From Hemiscyllium ocellatum (Eukaryota): a DNA stretch of 64,000 nucleotides. The DNA lies in NCBI RefSeq assembly GCF_020745735.1, contig NC_083410.1, forward strand, positions 3,508,117 through 3,572,116, in the 5' to 3' direction. The first letter of the stretch is position 1. Each line of letters begins with the position of its first letter. The notes under the pieces were generated by a model. The model was not told the DNA's origin and searched no databases. It worked only from the letters and a program-made list of their open reading frames with translations. Position numbers and translations under genes: made by a program. Positions 34,905 through 49,293 of the stretch are shown one piece after another.

Positions 34905-37370
34905 AGAGTAAAGAACAAAGAAAATTTACAGCCCAGTAACAGGCCCTTCGGCCCTCCAAGCCTGAACCAATCCAAATCTACTATGTAAACCTGTCGCCCA
35001 CTTCCTAAGCATCTGTATCCCTCTGTTCCACACCAACTCATGTATTTATCCAGACACATCTTAAATGAATCTATCATGCCTGCCTCTACCACGTCTGCTG
35101 GCAACGCGTTCCAGATGCCCACCACCCTCTGTGTGAAGTACTTGAGGCATGTATCCCCCTTAAACTTTCCACCTCTCACATTGAAAGCATGACCTCTCGT
35201 TATGGAATCCTTTACCCTGGGAAAAAAAGCTTGTCTCTATCCACCCTGTCTATTTCCTTCATGATTTTGTAAACCTCAGTCAGGTCTCCCCTCAATCTCC
35301 ATTTTCTAATGAAAACAAACCTAACTTACTCAACCTCTCTTCGTAGCTAGCACCTTCCATAAAAGGCAACATCCTTGTAAACCTTCTCTGCACCCTCTCC
35401 AAAGGGTCCACATTCTATGGTAATGTGGTGACCAGAACTGTACACAGTGTTCCAAATGCGGCCGAACCAACGTCCTGTACAATTTTAACATGACTTGCCA
35501 GCTCTTAAACTCAATATCCCGTCCAATGAAGGCAAGCATACTATATGCCTTCTTGACTACTCTATCCATCTGTGCAGCAAACTTCAGGGTACAATGGACC
35601 TGCATTCCCAGATCTCTCTGCCCATCAACTTTTCCCAAGGCTCTTCTGTTCATTGTATAATTCGCTCTAGATATCTTGCCTAAATACATCATCTCACATT
35701 TGCCCTGATTGAACTCCATCTGCCACTTTTCCGCCCAACTCTCCAGTCTATCTGTGTCCTCCTGTATTCTTTGACAGTCCCTTATGCTCCACCAACCGTC
35801 CTGTCATCTGCAAACTTGCTGATCATACCAACAATGCCTTCTTCCAGATCATTTATGTATATTACAAACAACAGTGGCCCCAATACTGACCCCTGAAGAA
35901 CACTACTGGTCACCTTTCTCCATTTTGAGAAACTCCCTTCAACTACTAATCTCTGTCTCCTGTTGCTCAACCAGTTCTTTATCCACCTAGCTAGAACACC
36001 CTGCACACCATCTGACTTCTCTTTCTCCATTAGTCTATCATGGGGAACCTTATCAAATTCTTTACTAAAGTCCATATATATGACATCAGCAGCCCTTCCT
36101 TCATTTATCAACTTGGTCACTTCCTCGAAGAAATCTATTAAGTTGGTAAGGAACCATGTACCCCACACAAAACCATGTTGCCTATCACTGACAAGCCCAT
36201 TCTTTTTTAAATATAAATAGATCCTATCCCTCAGTACCCTCTCCAGCAGATTCTGCACTCTGCAACTTTCCCACCACCGACGTCAGGCTCTCTGGTCCGT
36301 AGTTACCTGGAATATCACTACTACCCTTCTTGTACAGGGGAACAACATGAGCAACCTTCCAGTCCACTGGCACGTCACCTATATTGAAGGATGCCACAAA
36401 AATATCTGTCAGGGCCCCAGCTATTTCCTCTCTCGCCTCCCTCAGCAACCTGGGATAGATCCCATCCGGTCCTGGGGATTTGTCTACCTTAACAACCTTT
36501 CAGCTACACAACACATCTTCCCTACTTATGCCAACGTGATCCAGACTAATCAAACATCTATGTCTAATCTCAAGATTCATGTTCCTCTCCTCAGTGAACA
36601 CTGATGCAAAGAAATCATTCATATTCTCACCCATTCTCTCAGGTTCAAAGGGAGTGTTGCTGATCAAAAAGATTTTGGAGTACAAGTTCATAATTCATTG
36701 AAAATGGAGTGGCAGGTAGATAGGACAGTGAAAAAAAGCATTTGGCATGCTTATCATTACTGGTCAGTGCATTGAGTACAGGAGTTGGAATGTTATGTTG
36801 TAGCTGTGCAGAACATTGATTCGGCCACTTTTGGAATACTGTGTACAAATCTGGTCTCCCTGCTCTAGGAAGGATGTTGTGAAACTTGAAAGGGTTCCAA
36901 AAATATTGGCAAGGATGTTGCCAGGGTTGGAGAGTTTGAGCTACAGGGAGAGGCTGAATACATTGGGACAATTATCCCTGGTGCAACAAGGCTGAGGGAT
37001 GACCATATCGAGATTTATAAAAGGAATGGCGTGAGTAAGGTAAGTAGTGAAGGCCCTTCCCCTGGATGGGAAAGTTCAAAACTAGAGGGTGTTGATTTAA
37101 GCTGAGAGGGAAAAGATTTAAGAGGGACCTGGGGGCAAATTTTTCATGCAGGCGGTGGTACATGTATGGCATGAGCTGCCAGAGGAAGTGGTCGGGGTTG
37201 GTACAATTCATTAAAAGACACCTGGATTGGTATATGAATAGGAAGGGCTTGAGGAATATGGGCCTAATGCTGGTAAATGGAATGAGATTTATTTAGGATA
37301 TCTGGTTGGTATGGGAGAGTTGGACTGAAGTGTTTGTTTCCATGCTGTATATCTCTGTGACTCTATGGCT
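34905..37370. mobile_element. Two CR1 elements (minus about 34905-36640, plus about 36640-37370)
   Basis: ORFs 34895-35179, 35330-35719, 35782-36258 and 36224-36448 are CR1 RT segments. Confidence 0.85.
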
Positions 37371-38276
37371 GTACGACACAAACCACTCGCTGTGCATAAA
37401 AAAAGTTGCCCCAATGTCTTTTTTATGTCTTCCTCCTCTCACTGAAACGATATGCTCCCCAGTCTTGAAACCTGTCCATTCGCCTTATCTATACCCCTCA
37501 TTTATAAACCACAAGATGGTCATCCCTCAACCTCCTATTCTCTGATGAAAAAAAGTCTGTAGTATGGTCAAACTGTCTTACAGCCAGTACCACAACATTT
37601 CTGACCTGGTCTCCGTTGAGGGCAGTTGATGTCAAACAATTAAAATTGCCACTTTTTAAAATTCACTGTAGGACAGTGGGTATCACTGGCTGGGTCCAGC
37701 ATTTATTGTCCATGACCAGTTGCCCTTGAGAGGGTAGTGATGAATTTCTTCTTAAACTGCTGCAGGAACTGAACTGTAATTTTTGATCCACAGAACCCCT
37801 AGGGAGGGAATTCTAGGATTTATTTCCATGTTTGGATAGTGAGTGGCTTGGAAGGGAACGTGTAGCTGGTGGTGTTTCTATGTATCTACTGCGCTTGTCA
37901 TTCTAGATGGAAGTGGCCTTGTGTTGGGATGTGCCATCTGAAGGTCTTTGTTGAATTTTTTAAAGATGGTACTCACTGCTGTGACTGAGGGTCAGTGGTG
38001 GAGGGACTGAATGTTAAAATGCTGCAGATACAGGAAACCTAAAATAAAATCAGAAATGCAATTGGACTTTCAGAGATGAGACAGCATTAGCCCTTTCCCT
38101 TGGTTGTGTACTTCTGTGAACAACTCTCCATCTCTAAAATCTTGCATGTCTGATGACAAAAAACAACTTGACCTCTCTTTCTTCACAGAGGCTTCTTTGA
38201 TTGTTTTCAGTGTTTCTCTTCCCTGCCTCCTCCCCCACCTTCAATAATGAGACAAACTCCTCCCCAAGTGGCCATT

Positions 38277-38431
38277 TCAGCGAAAGATTGATTTCCACCT
38301 AGAGGATGATGATTTCCGAATGCATCTGATACAGAAGAGAACAATGGCTCCAGCGATGACAATAGCTCCCAGTACAGCCCCCACAATGATCCAGACAATC
38401 CACAGCTCTCTGTTCATTCCCACTGCAGGAA
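38277..38431 (-). CDS. Stalk/TM exon, gene copy 2
   Basis: IPAVGMNRELWIVWIIVGAVLGAIVIAGAIVLFCIRCIRKSSSSR. Same acceptor and AG|GTGGAA donor (38299). In-frame 6-nt shorter than copy 1. Read-through WKSIFR*. Confidence 0.85.
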
Positions 38432-39483
38432 CTGCAAACAGAGAAACAGATCAACCATAGGAAAAAGAATGAAACCAATCCTGACCTTTTCTTTATTGAC
38501 TTATGCTCGAAGGAAGATGAAACAGTTGAAGATAGTTGGCTCTTGGACACAACCTGAGGAACTTACACAGAGGTCTCCTGGACCCAAGATGGCTGCCTCC
38601 AACAATCACAATTAACTCTTTTTCGGCTCTTATAGGTGAGGAGGGGGCGATCAATGTCTCCCTTCTAACTCCCTTCTCGATCATTCACATCAATGGAGGG
38701 ATAAGGTGGGAGGGTCTGGGTTTGGGTGGAATGTTCTTCAGAGGGTCAGTGCAGACCCAGAGGGCTGAATGGCTTGTTTCCACACTGTTTGAATCAACTT
38801 ACAAGATTTTCTTGATGATTAAAAGAGAGCTGACTTTTGTAATCTACTGACCTGTAAAAATGCACTCAAGTAAAGAAATAAACTTAGAAAGAAATGGGGA
38901 GGTACATCAGTTCTGAAAGGAAGTTAGTAAAAGCAGTTAAAATTAGACAGTCCCTATTTCACACAACCTTAACATCTCCCCACCATGAAGGTACATCCTG
39001 AGCAATCTTTCCCCTTTTTCTCTGTTAAACATTCCATTAAATCATCAATATAAAATCGCAAAGATTTTGACAAAAGATGCTCACATTCCTTGTGAAATAA
39101 CTCTACAGAGGTGATATCCTGTCAACAAGTCACCCTTTATTTACATGTGTTCAACTCCCTCAGAGCCAGCTCTCAGAGTGAACAGAATCCCTGGCACTCC
39201 TGTTTCTATCTGTCAGCCAGGACTCCCTGATTGGGCCAGATTAACAGTCCTATTCAGGGAACTCACATTCTCTAAGGTCCACCTGGCTGTCTGTGTTCCA
39301 GTCATGCACCCTGACATTCTTTTCACTCTAACCTGCATTTAAAACCTACAGGGCCAGCATACCTTCCCCAATTACCCAGAAGGCAGTTAAAAGTAAACCA
39401 CATTGCTGTGGGTCTGGAGTTATGTGTAGGTCAGACCAGGCAATGATGGAGCAAACTTGATAGGCCAAATGGCCTAATTCTGC

Positions 39484-40955
39484 CAGACGGAGTGCCAGGC
39501 CGTGTACTCAGAGCATGCATAGGTCAATTGGCAGAGGTCTTCTTGGACATCTTCAACCTCTCCCTGTAGCAGACGACTATCCCTGCCTGTTTCAAGAGGG
39601 CCAACATCATCCCTGTGACTAAAAAGGCTCATCCAGCATGTCTCAATGATTACCATCCAGTGGCCCTAACTTCAGTGGTCATGAAGTGCTTTGAAAGGCC
39701 AGTCATGGCATTAATCAACTCCAGCCTCCCCACTATTCTTGACCCACTCCAATTTGCCGATCAGATGTACAGATCCATATCAGATGCCATATCACTTGTC
39801 CTTCATTCCTCCCTAGAACATCTTGATACCAAGAACAGCTATGTAAGAATTCGACTCATTGACTACAGCTCAGCCTTCAACACTATTATCCCATCGAGAC
39901 TGATTACTAAACTTAGCGATCTTGAACTAAGCCCCACTCTCTGCAACTGGATTCTCAGTTTCCTGACCCACAGGCCACAATCAGTGAAGATTGGGGACAA
40001 TATTTCATCCTCACTAACACTCAAAACTGGAGCCCCCCAGGGATGCGCACTCAGCCCCTACTGTACTCACTGTATACCCATGACTGCGCCGTCAAATACC
40101 AGACTAATGCCATTTACAGGTTCGCTGATGATACCACCATAATCCAGAGGAATCTCACATGGCATTGAAACAGACTACAGACGGGAAGTGGAACACCTGA
40201 AAAAATGTTGCACTGAGAACAACCTTGCTCTTAATGCCAGCAAAACCAAGGAACTCATTATTGACTTTTGATGGGATAATACTCATAGCCTTTCTATACA
40301 GAGGTGCAACAAGTGGAGAGTGTCAACTCCTGAGAGTGGTCATCCACAACAGGCTTTCTTGGACTCTTCATGCGCACACACTGGTTACAAAGGCCCAAAT
40401 AGCATCTCTTCTTCCTCAGGCAGCTGCGGAAATTTGGCATGACGGCGAATACCCTTGTCAACTTTTATTGGCGCACCATCGTGAGCATTCTGTCTGGATG
40501 TGTCACTACCTGGTATGGCAACTGTACCATTCCAGATTGAAGATGGTTACACAGTGGTGAACTCGACCCTGACAACCACAAAGGCCAACCTCCCACCCAT
40601 AGTATTCATCTACAACGCTCGCTGTCAAGGAAAGGCCGTCAGCATTCTGAAAGATCCATCCCACCCTGGCAATGTTTTTTCCATCATCTCTACCATCGGG
40701 GAGAAGGTACAGAAACCTAAAACATGCACCAGCTGGTTTCATAACAGTTTCTACCCTACTGTTGTTAGAATACTGAATGGACTCATAAACTCTTAACATT
40801 CACCTGTACCTGTGTTTTTGTTTTTGTCACTGTTTACCTATTATTTACTATCTATGCTACTTTGTGATCTGCCTGTATTACTCGCAAGACAATGCTTTTT
40901 ACTGTGCCTCAGTATACATGATAATAAATTCAATTCAATTCAATTCAATTCAATA
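39484..40955 (+). mobile_element. Rex1/Babar-like non-LTR retrotransposon fragment
   Basis: [40 protein letters not shown] motifs. (caatt)n tail at 40925-40955. Absent at paralogous 9350. Confidence 0.75.
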
Positions 40956-42842
40956 TATTTTATGGTTTCTAATCTTTCTTCCCAAAAGGATGTAAAGAAC
41001 CAGATGGGTTCTTTTTGTCAGTTAACAACAGTTTTATTGTCATCATTTAATTTTTAATTTGAGATTTTTATTGTGTTCAAACTCCAGCATCTTCTGTGGT
41101 GGGATTCATAACCATGTCCCCAGAACATTGCCAATATCTCTGGATTAATAATCTAACCATATACCTCTTGGAAAACATCTCCACCAATTGTTTGTTTCAG
41201 ACTTTCTATTCTTTCTGTGCTGCTTTTTTCTCTATTGAGGAGTATATTTTGCTCCAAGCTGAACCCTTGGTCAATGCAGCTTGAAAGGAGCTGAACTCTG
41301 AGCAGACCCATTCCAAGTCCAGTCTCTGAGTAAACCTTAACCAGTGGTCCCTCTATACTCAATCTCATAAGGACTTTTATCAGCACATTGACATCTCCTT
41401 TGCTTCTAAGGTGGAAAATCTTCCATTTCCCCATGAGGGACAGCTGTAAACAGTCAGTGTCTTGGAAAACACTAATTTCTCTCTGCAGGTGCTCCAGCAG
41501 CCAATGGTCAGCCTTCCTTTTGATCCTGCCCTTGGCAGCTGCTCTGGTCAACAGTCATGTCTGAGCAAGCAGTGACACCTCCCTTAATGTGATAGACACT
41601 AGTCAGAAATATGTGGCATCAAACATGCAGACAAATAATGAGAGGAATGAGATGTATATATACAAATAAGAAGGTAATAGTGTCATGCAGCATAGAATAT
41701 AAAAGCAGGATGTACTTCTGAGGCTGTATCAGGTCTGGTCAGATCACATTTGGAGTATTGTGTGCAGTTTTGGGCCCCGTATCTCAGGAAGGATGCACAG
41801 GTCTTGGAGCATGTTCAGAGAAGGTTCACAAAAATGTTCCAAGAATCAAAAGCTTAACATATGAGGAACTTATGAAGACTCTGGGTCTATACTGAATGGA
41901 GTTTAGAAGGATGATGGGGTATCTAATTGAAACATACAGAGTACTGAATGGCATGGACAGAGTAGCTAATGGGAAGATATTTCCATTGGTCAGAGAGACT
42001 AGGACCTGAGGGCACAGTCTTAGAGAAAAGGAAAGACCTTTTAGAATAGAGATAAGGAGAAATGTCTTCAGCCAGAGAGTGGTCAATCGATTGAACTCAT
42101 TGCCACAGAAGGCCAGGTCATTGATTATATTTAACACTGACCTAGATAGGTTCTTGATTATCGAGGGAACCAAGAGTTATGGGAGGAAGCAAAAGAATGG
42201 GATTGAGAAACTTATCAGCCATGATTGAATGGTAGAAAAGACTCAATGGGCGCAATGGCCTAATTTCAGCTCATTTGTCTTATGCTCTTCTGGTCTTAAA
42301 AAGGCCCTTTGGCCCACCATCTCCATGCTGACCAATAAACACCAAACTACAATAATCCCATTTACCTGCATCTGGTCCAACACCGACTATGCCCTGCCAT
42401 TTGAAGTTCCCATCCAGAGGCTTCTTCAACGTTGTGAGAGTATGTGCCTTGACCACTGCCTCCCCCCCACTCACCCCACCCCCAACTTCTTTTAGGCAGC
42501 CCCTTCCATATTTCTACCACCCACTTTGGGAAAAAAAACATTTGTAGGATCTCCTCTGAACCACCTACTCCTCTCCTTAAACTTAGATCCCATTAAATAT
42601 GTGTGTCATGGGGCAAAGGTTATCTTAATCTACTCTGTCTATGCTATTATCATCTCAGGTGTAGATGAGACTTGAACTCTGACATCCTGGCTCAGAGGCA
42701 GTGACACTACAATTACACCACATTGGCCCTTTTTATGTTAGTCCCACACCGCATTCTTTCCCATATCAGATGTCTTGATTGTCTTGTGTACAGCTTACTC
42801 CTCAAAGTATTAGAATCCCCACAATGTGGAACGAGGCCATTC

Positions 42843-43452
42843 AGCACCATGGCTCAGTGGTTAGCACTCCTACTTCAAATTGCCAGGGACCCAGGCTCGA
42901 TTCCACCCTCAGGTGACTGTCTGCGTGGGGCTTGCACATTCTCCTCGTATTTCCACCGGGTGCTCTGCTTCCCTCCTACAATCTGAAGATGTGTAGATTC
43001 GGTGAACTGACCATGCTAAATTGCCCACATTGTTCAGGGATGTGTAAGCTAGGTGTATTCATCAAGGATAAATGTGAAGTAGTAGAGGAATGGGCCAAGG
43101 GGGGTTACTTTTCAGAGTGCTGGTGCGGACTTATTGGGCCAAATGGCTTGTTTCACACGGTAGGAAATCTACCTGACTCCCCAAATAGCATCCCACTTAG
43201 ACTCACTCCCTCCCTATCCCTGTAACCCTATACTTCCCATGGCTAATCCACCTAATCAGCATATTATGGGCAATTTATCATGCCAAATCCATCTAACCTG
43301 CATACCTTTGGAGTGTGGGAGGAAACTGGAGCACCTGAAGGAAACCTACATGGATATGAAGAGAATGTGCAAGTTCCGCACAGATAGTTGGAATTGAAGT
43401 TGAGACCCAGCACTCTGAGGTAGTAGTGCTAGCCACTGAGCAACCATGCCAC
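42843..43452. mobile_element. Convergent (inverted) pair of HE1-type SINEs
   Basis: Plus copy from about 42843 and minus copy ending about 43452. Same arrangement as 48661-49293. Confidence 0.8.
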
Positions 43453-46400
43453 TCCTCAGCAGCCACTCCTTCACACTTCCCTAGAGGAAACCCTTCCCTT
43501 CTTCTCTGTCCCTCATAAATAAGTGGCTCCCATCAGTTTGTCCGGCTTCAGTGGAAACTGATTACTAAGTTTTAGAGTCTTGAAACTTCCTGAAAATGAC
43601 AGAGCTGGAAGGATTCTGAAACACTCGCCCGTGAAGACAGCAGTCAATATGCCTGACTCATACCCTTCAATAAGCCACAAAGCAAAAAGGAACGTTTATT
43701 CAGCTAACACTTTTCCCAACCTCATCAATGTCATGGCATCTTATAATAAATGAAAGATATCTTTGAAAGTGCAGTCACTGCTGTTGTGCAAGGAATGATG
43801 CAGAAGTTATACAAACTGTCATGTCCCACCAACAAAAAAGACACAGTGTTGATTGAAGGTCAGTATTGGTCACACACCCTCAGCACTGCCCTGAATGTTG
43901 ATATGTTTAGATATACTGCTTGGGTAGCCTGATTAGTTTTGAATCACAATCAAATAGGTGCACAGTAGTGAAATAACACAGCATTTAATGTATCCAATTA
44001 ATTCTCCTCAGAATGCAGGTGAAAGTCTGTGTGAGTGGATGGACTCAATTCTCTCTCCCACTGATGTACAGAAAGCTTGTTCTGTTAAAAGGCTGATGTG
44101 TTGTTTATCTCCATTTCCTTTTTTGTTTCCTGTTTCCTTGTCTGAGGCAGGATGAACCTTAGGCTAAATCCCAACAGTCCTCTCTCTGTGTGTCTCTCTC
44201 CGTCTCTCTCTGTCTCTCTCCTTCTCTCTCTCTCTGTCCCCGTCCCTTCTCTCTCTCTCTCTCTCTCTTTCCAATGAGGGAGCAATCCTACGGTCTGGTC
44301 AGACTAAGGTAACTATATTTAAGTGGCACAGCTGATGGGGGTCTTGAATGGATTCTCTGATGAGAGTCAGCCCCTTTGTGAGATGACATATTGAGAGCAA
44401 ATGCTGAGAACAATTGGAAACAAATTGATTTTCGTCAATACCTTTTACACGAAACAAGCCGACTGTCACCTGCTAAGTGGAAGAGAGGTGAAAATCATCG
44501 GTTTGTGGGTAGGTGGTTGCTGCTCTTTTTAAATTATTGCCTTATCACTGAATTTTCAGGAGACTGTTGGCTGAATAGTTCATTGTGTCGTGTTGGACCA
44601 ACATTATCTCACACAGTGACCCTGATGTTGACATGGGGCTGAGAGACCGGTGATAACTGACAGCATCGAGGGGCACATAGGGACAGATACTGCAGAAAGC
44701 TGACCCCATTGCAGGCAGCTGGAGAGTTGGAGAGGGAAGCCTGCTGAGGCTAAAAAGGAAATAATTACACATTTTGGACAACAGCTTCACATTTTGACCT
44801 GATAGAATTAAACATGGATAGGCTTAAATACTCAGGATGTCAAATAGCCACAATGAGCAAAGGGAAGTAAATGTGTAAACATTGTGGTTACTGCATACAG
44901 GTGAACATACTGAATGCAAACAGACAGACAAACAAGGAACACTCAATCCATCAAGCCTGAAAATTACTGCTACATCTATTTTCACCAATTTCCCACATGA
45001 CCTGAATTCCGTTCTTACTTTTTAACCAGCTGCGGAGGTTCTGAATTCACCTGTTTATCCTTCAGTGCAGTTTGCACAGTTTGGTCTGGTCCCCAGTTGG
45101 TTCTAATTTCCCGTGTGATAGCTCCAAATGGTGGTGGTCCCAAGTGAGAAAATGAACTGACACCTCTTCCTAATTCACTTCCTCTCTTGGTTGGTCACAA
45201 CAAGATTAACATTAAAAGGAGGCCTTACCTTACGATTAATTTCCATCAGCCCAAAGGCATTTCTGTTTTTAAGGAATCCAAATTAATCTGGTTTCTTTAT
45301 TAGCCAATAACCATGGGCAAAGATTGCAAAAGACAGACACAGGGATGGTAACAATTAAAAAGATATCTGGACCAACCTCTGGGTTTGATGCACAGTAAGG
45401 TCAATGTAAAGTTGTCCCATTCCCAAGGGACCATAGTTCCAGGGAGCTGCTCTCCTTAGAGAGAGGGAGATGACTGATGTGGGTTTAACCTGAAGGTCAC
45501 TATATCTCAGGTCAGGGGGGAGGTTGAGGAGATGGGAGCTGCCTGGGAACTAAAACTATGCTGTTGATATTGCTGTACATGGTAAACCAGCACCCAGTCA
45601 ACTGAGCTAACCAACAATACACTCCCTCTCCCCTCATCATTCCAACTTTGAAGAGTCAATACTGAAACCTCATGGCAGTTTAAACAAAGAAACAGAACAG
45701 TACAGCACAGGAACTGAACCTTCATCTCACCAAGGTTGTATTAACAAATTATGCTTTTCTAAATTATAAAGCTTTTGCCTCGATACCCTGCCTCTAGAGA
45801 TAACAGATAAATGGTGCTCTCAATGGGTTGCTGGGTCTCCAGCACTCAGAGCAATGGAGTTGCTATGTTTTCTTTACCTGTTGTGTAGGGGTGTCTAATT
45901 ACTGTTCCCAAACTGTAATCTTTGCAGGACTGGACTCCACATCAGCACATCAATCCATGAACACACACAAACCAGCGATAGCAGTTGCTGTTAATTTCTT
46001 TGGAGTATATTTCTGGAAGAGTCAACCCCAAAATGTCTGCAGTTCAGGACATAATCCACAGCAATCGCTGAGAGGAGTAGTCACTCCCATTCTCTCTGTA
46101 CCATGAGATCTTGCTGAGCTTTGAATTGTATTTTTCCCTTTGCTGTTGGTAGTTCTCTGGCACTGTTACTTGTGTCCTGTTGATGGTGATCAGGCTTTGG
46201 GAAGTGAGGAGGAGTGTTTCACCAAAACTGTGCACAATATTCCAGGTGTGGTCTTACAATGGTCTGTAAAGCTGCAGCAAGGTACATCTGCTCCTATACA
46301 AAACTGCTCTTGCCATGAAAGCAAACATACCATTTGTCTTCTTTTCAGTAATTGATGTTCAAGCACACCTAGCTCTCGTTGCTCCTCTTGCTTTTCCCAA

Positions 46401-46548
46401 TCTGTCATCCTTCAGGCAAACAATCTGCTTTCCTAAATAACCTCACATTTATCCACATTATCCTGCATCTGCAATGCATTTGTCCACTCACACAAATTGT
46501 CCAAATCATATTGAAGCATGTCTGCATCTTCTTCACAGCTCATTCTCC

Positions 46549-48184
46549 TGTTAAAGTGGAGCTTTGAGACGGCCAGAGAATCCCTTGTGGATTCAGACCT
46601 TTAAAAGCTCTCTCTTGATTCGTCCTGGAGATCATATTCTTTGGAAATCTGGAATAAAAAACTCTTACGGACAGTTTAGTTTAATTTTAATCATCCCTTT
46701 ATTCACCAATGACTCCTGAGGAAGGGCTTATGCCCGAAACGTCGAATTTCCTGTTCCTTGGATGCTGCCTGACCTGCTGCACTTTTCCAGCAACACATTT
46801 TCAGCTCTGATACTCCAGCATCAGCAGACCTCACTTTCTCCTTCACCAACAGTATCACTGTTATAACATAACACTGATACCTACAAGCTAAACTAACTAG
46901 GTTCTAATAACTTAGGAGAATAGCGTACCAGCTCTTCATGTGCCTCAGCAGGTTACTCCAATGCACTGATACAAAATAGCTTCCTTTATACAAAAGTTTG
47001 CAAAAACATTGCATGTTCTTAATTAGATAGATTACAGTGAACAGATTACAGCGAAAGACAATAGTTCGTAAAGAAGGAAAGTTAATTGACAGATCTGTGA
47101 CTGATCACTCCTACATTCCTTGAGCTATCCATCAGGTGGGAAAAAAAATCCAGCTGAGTTACGCATCTACTGGCAAGATAAGTTCCTATAAAGTAGTATC
47201 AGCCTAAATTAAGTGGAGATGTCATAAGGTAACTTTGGACAGCTCGCATGTCTGATATCATTGTGTTATGAAATGACTCCTTAGCAAGGAGGGCAAACTT
47301 TTGACCATAAAATGGCTTCCCAACAGATTGTGTCAGAATCTCTTCAATGTTAGGTTGAGAATAATTTTAGGCTGGGAGCAGATTCCTGTTTTTTTATCTT
47401 AAGTACAGAATCATTCTGTACCTAAGGCTGAAATGTTACTGTAAGGTTGTATTTCAAATGATTTTGCCTTCTTTTCAAGTTTGTGATTCAAATTCAAATA
47501 AGACATAAGATTTGATTAGTTAGAATTGCTGTAGAGTGGTCTGCAAGAACAGCAAGTAAGTTAAGACTTCATCAATATTACCTTTCGCAGAGTTTGTATT
47601 TAATAACTGGTAATGGCTACTTAATATCATCATAAAGTCCCAAAATGCAATTAAATTTAATCCCTATCAGATAAGCACTAAGAGTTAATTTTCTACTGGA
47701 TTCAATAACCTCAACATTAAAATGGTCTCTCTCTAATGTCCTTTTGAACTCTCAAGTCAGGGTTTTGTAACAGTAAAGATTTTTTTCTCTGTGACTGCCC
47801 TGCTTGCAAGGGGTAATAAGAATCCATTATAATTAGCAGTATCTGACCATTAATTGCAAAGTTTTTAATAGTACCAGGTTTTGTTTCAGGGTCAGAATCG
47901 AACACTGTCATTAATTTCACAAGGGAACGGCTGTGAATGTTATCACTTGGTATCCTGTTCACACAGATTCATCGATGCTAAAGCAAATGTTCTTAATTGC
48001 CTGACAGCAGCCTGTTATCATTTGGTGAGCCCGGGTGTCAATATCTTTTACATTCTTTAAGTACCCCCTTTTTCTGAGCCTTCCTGTCTGTCTATTTTCT
48101 AGTACAGTAATTGTGTTCTATAATTCAGCATTGCATTTTAGTCTAAATGTTTAAAGGCAAGTTTTAAGGCTATAGACTTACTCA
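46549..48184. mobile_element. Solo LTR (1636 bp)
   Basis: TG...CA termini, 4-bp TSD CTCC (46545-46548 and 48185-48188). Absent from the paralogs at 20040 and 60250. Confidence 0.7.
46710..46841 (+). mobile_element. Penelope terminal-repeat insert nested in the solo LTR
   Basis: CTGAGGA-agggcttatgccc-GAAA-CGTC. TSD ttcaccaa at 46702 and 46842. Confidence 0.75.
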
Positions 48185-48660
48185 CTCCGACCCAGCTTTG
48201 TGTCATCTGCAAACTAGGAGATTTTACATTTAGTTCTCTCACCTGATTCATTGAAACAAATTGTGAATACCTGAAGTCCTAGCACGGATCTCTGCAGTAC
48301 CCACTAAACTACAATTTGGAGAAAGATGTTTATTCCTTCTTTTTCTTTCCTTCGCCAACCTATTCTCCATCTGTTGATCCCCATGGATTATGTGTGTTTA
48401 TTTTACTTGTTATTCTGCACTGTGGAACCTTATTGAAAGCTTTTGCAAAGTAAACTCGGATCAGCAGCCAAGAAGCAAATGGAAATTGAAATGAAGAAAA
48501 AGATAGCAACTCATCGAATATGTGTATTTCTGATTGGTACTTTAGATGGTTTCCCTGATTTCCCATTAAAGCTACACATCAGATGTCTTGATTGTCTTGT
48601 GTACAAGCTCACTTCTCAAATAATAGAATCCCCACAGTGTGGAAAGAGGCAATTTGGCCC

Positions 48661-49293
48661 AGGCACCTTGGCTCAGCGGTTAGCACTCCTGCTTCAGATC
48701 GCCAGGGACAGGGCTTGATTCCACTCTTGGGGGACTGTCTGTGTGAAGTTTGCATATTCGCCATGTGCTTGCATGGTTTTCCACTGGGTGCTCTGGTTTC
48801 CTCCTACCATCTGAAGATGTGCAGGTTAGGTAAATTGACCATGCTAAATTGCCCACAGTGTTCAGGCATGTGTAGGTAAGGGGCATACGTCAGGGATAAA
48901 TGTGAAATAGTAGAGGAATGGGTCAAGGTGGGTTACTTTTCAGAGTGCTGGTGTGGACTTGTTGGGCCAAATGGCCTGTTTTCACACTGTAGGAAATCCA
49001 CCTGACTCCCCAAATAGCATTCCACCCAGACTCACTCTCTACCCTATCTCTGTAACACTGCATTTCCAATGGCTAATCCACCTAGTCGGCATATTATGGG
49101 CAATTTATCATGCTGAATCCATCTAACCTGCATATCTTTGGAGTGCGGGATGAAACTGGAGCACCCGAAGGAAACCTACATGGATATGGAGAGAATGTGC
49201 AAGTTCCGCACAGACAGTCGCCCGAGGTTGGAAATGAATTTGGGACCCCGGCACTCTGAGGTAGCAGTGCTAACGACTGAACAACCATGCCAC
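48661..49293. mobile_element. Convergent pair of HE1-type SINEs
   Basis: Plus SINE 48661-48993 and minus SINE about 49000-49293, heads outward. Confidence 0.8.

Larger units (their letters stand above)
43529..48560 (+). repeat. Internal re-duplication of the upstream block (equivalent to 16320-21890 and 56127-60620) inside the VJ2-TM2 intron
   Basis: Junction aagtggCT|cccatcag at 43528 and ctgatt|tcccattaaag at about 48560. Confidence 0.9.
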
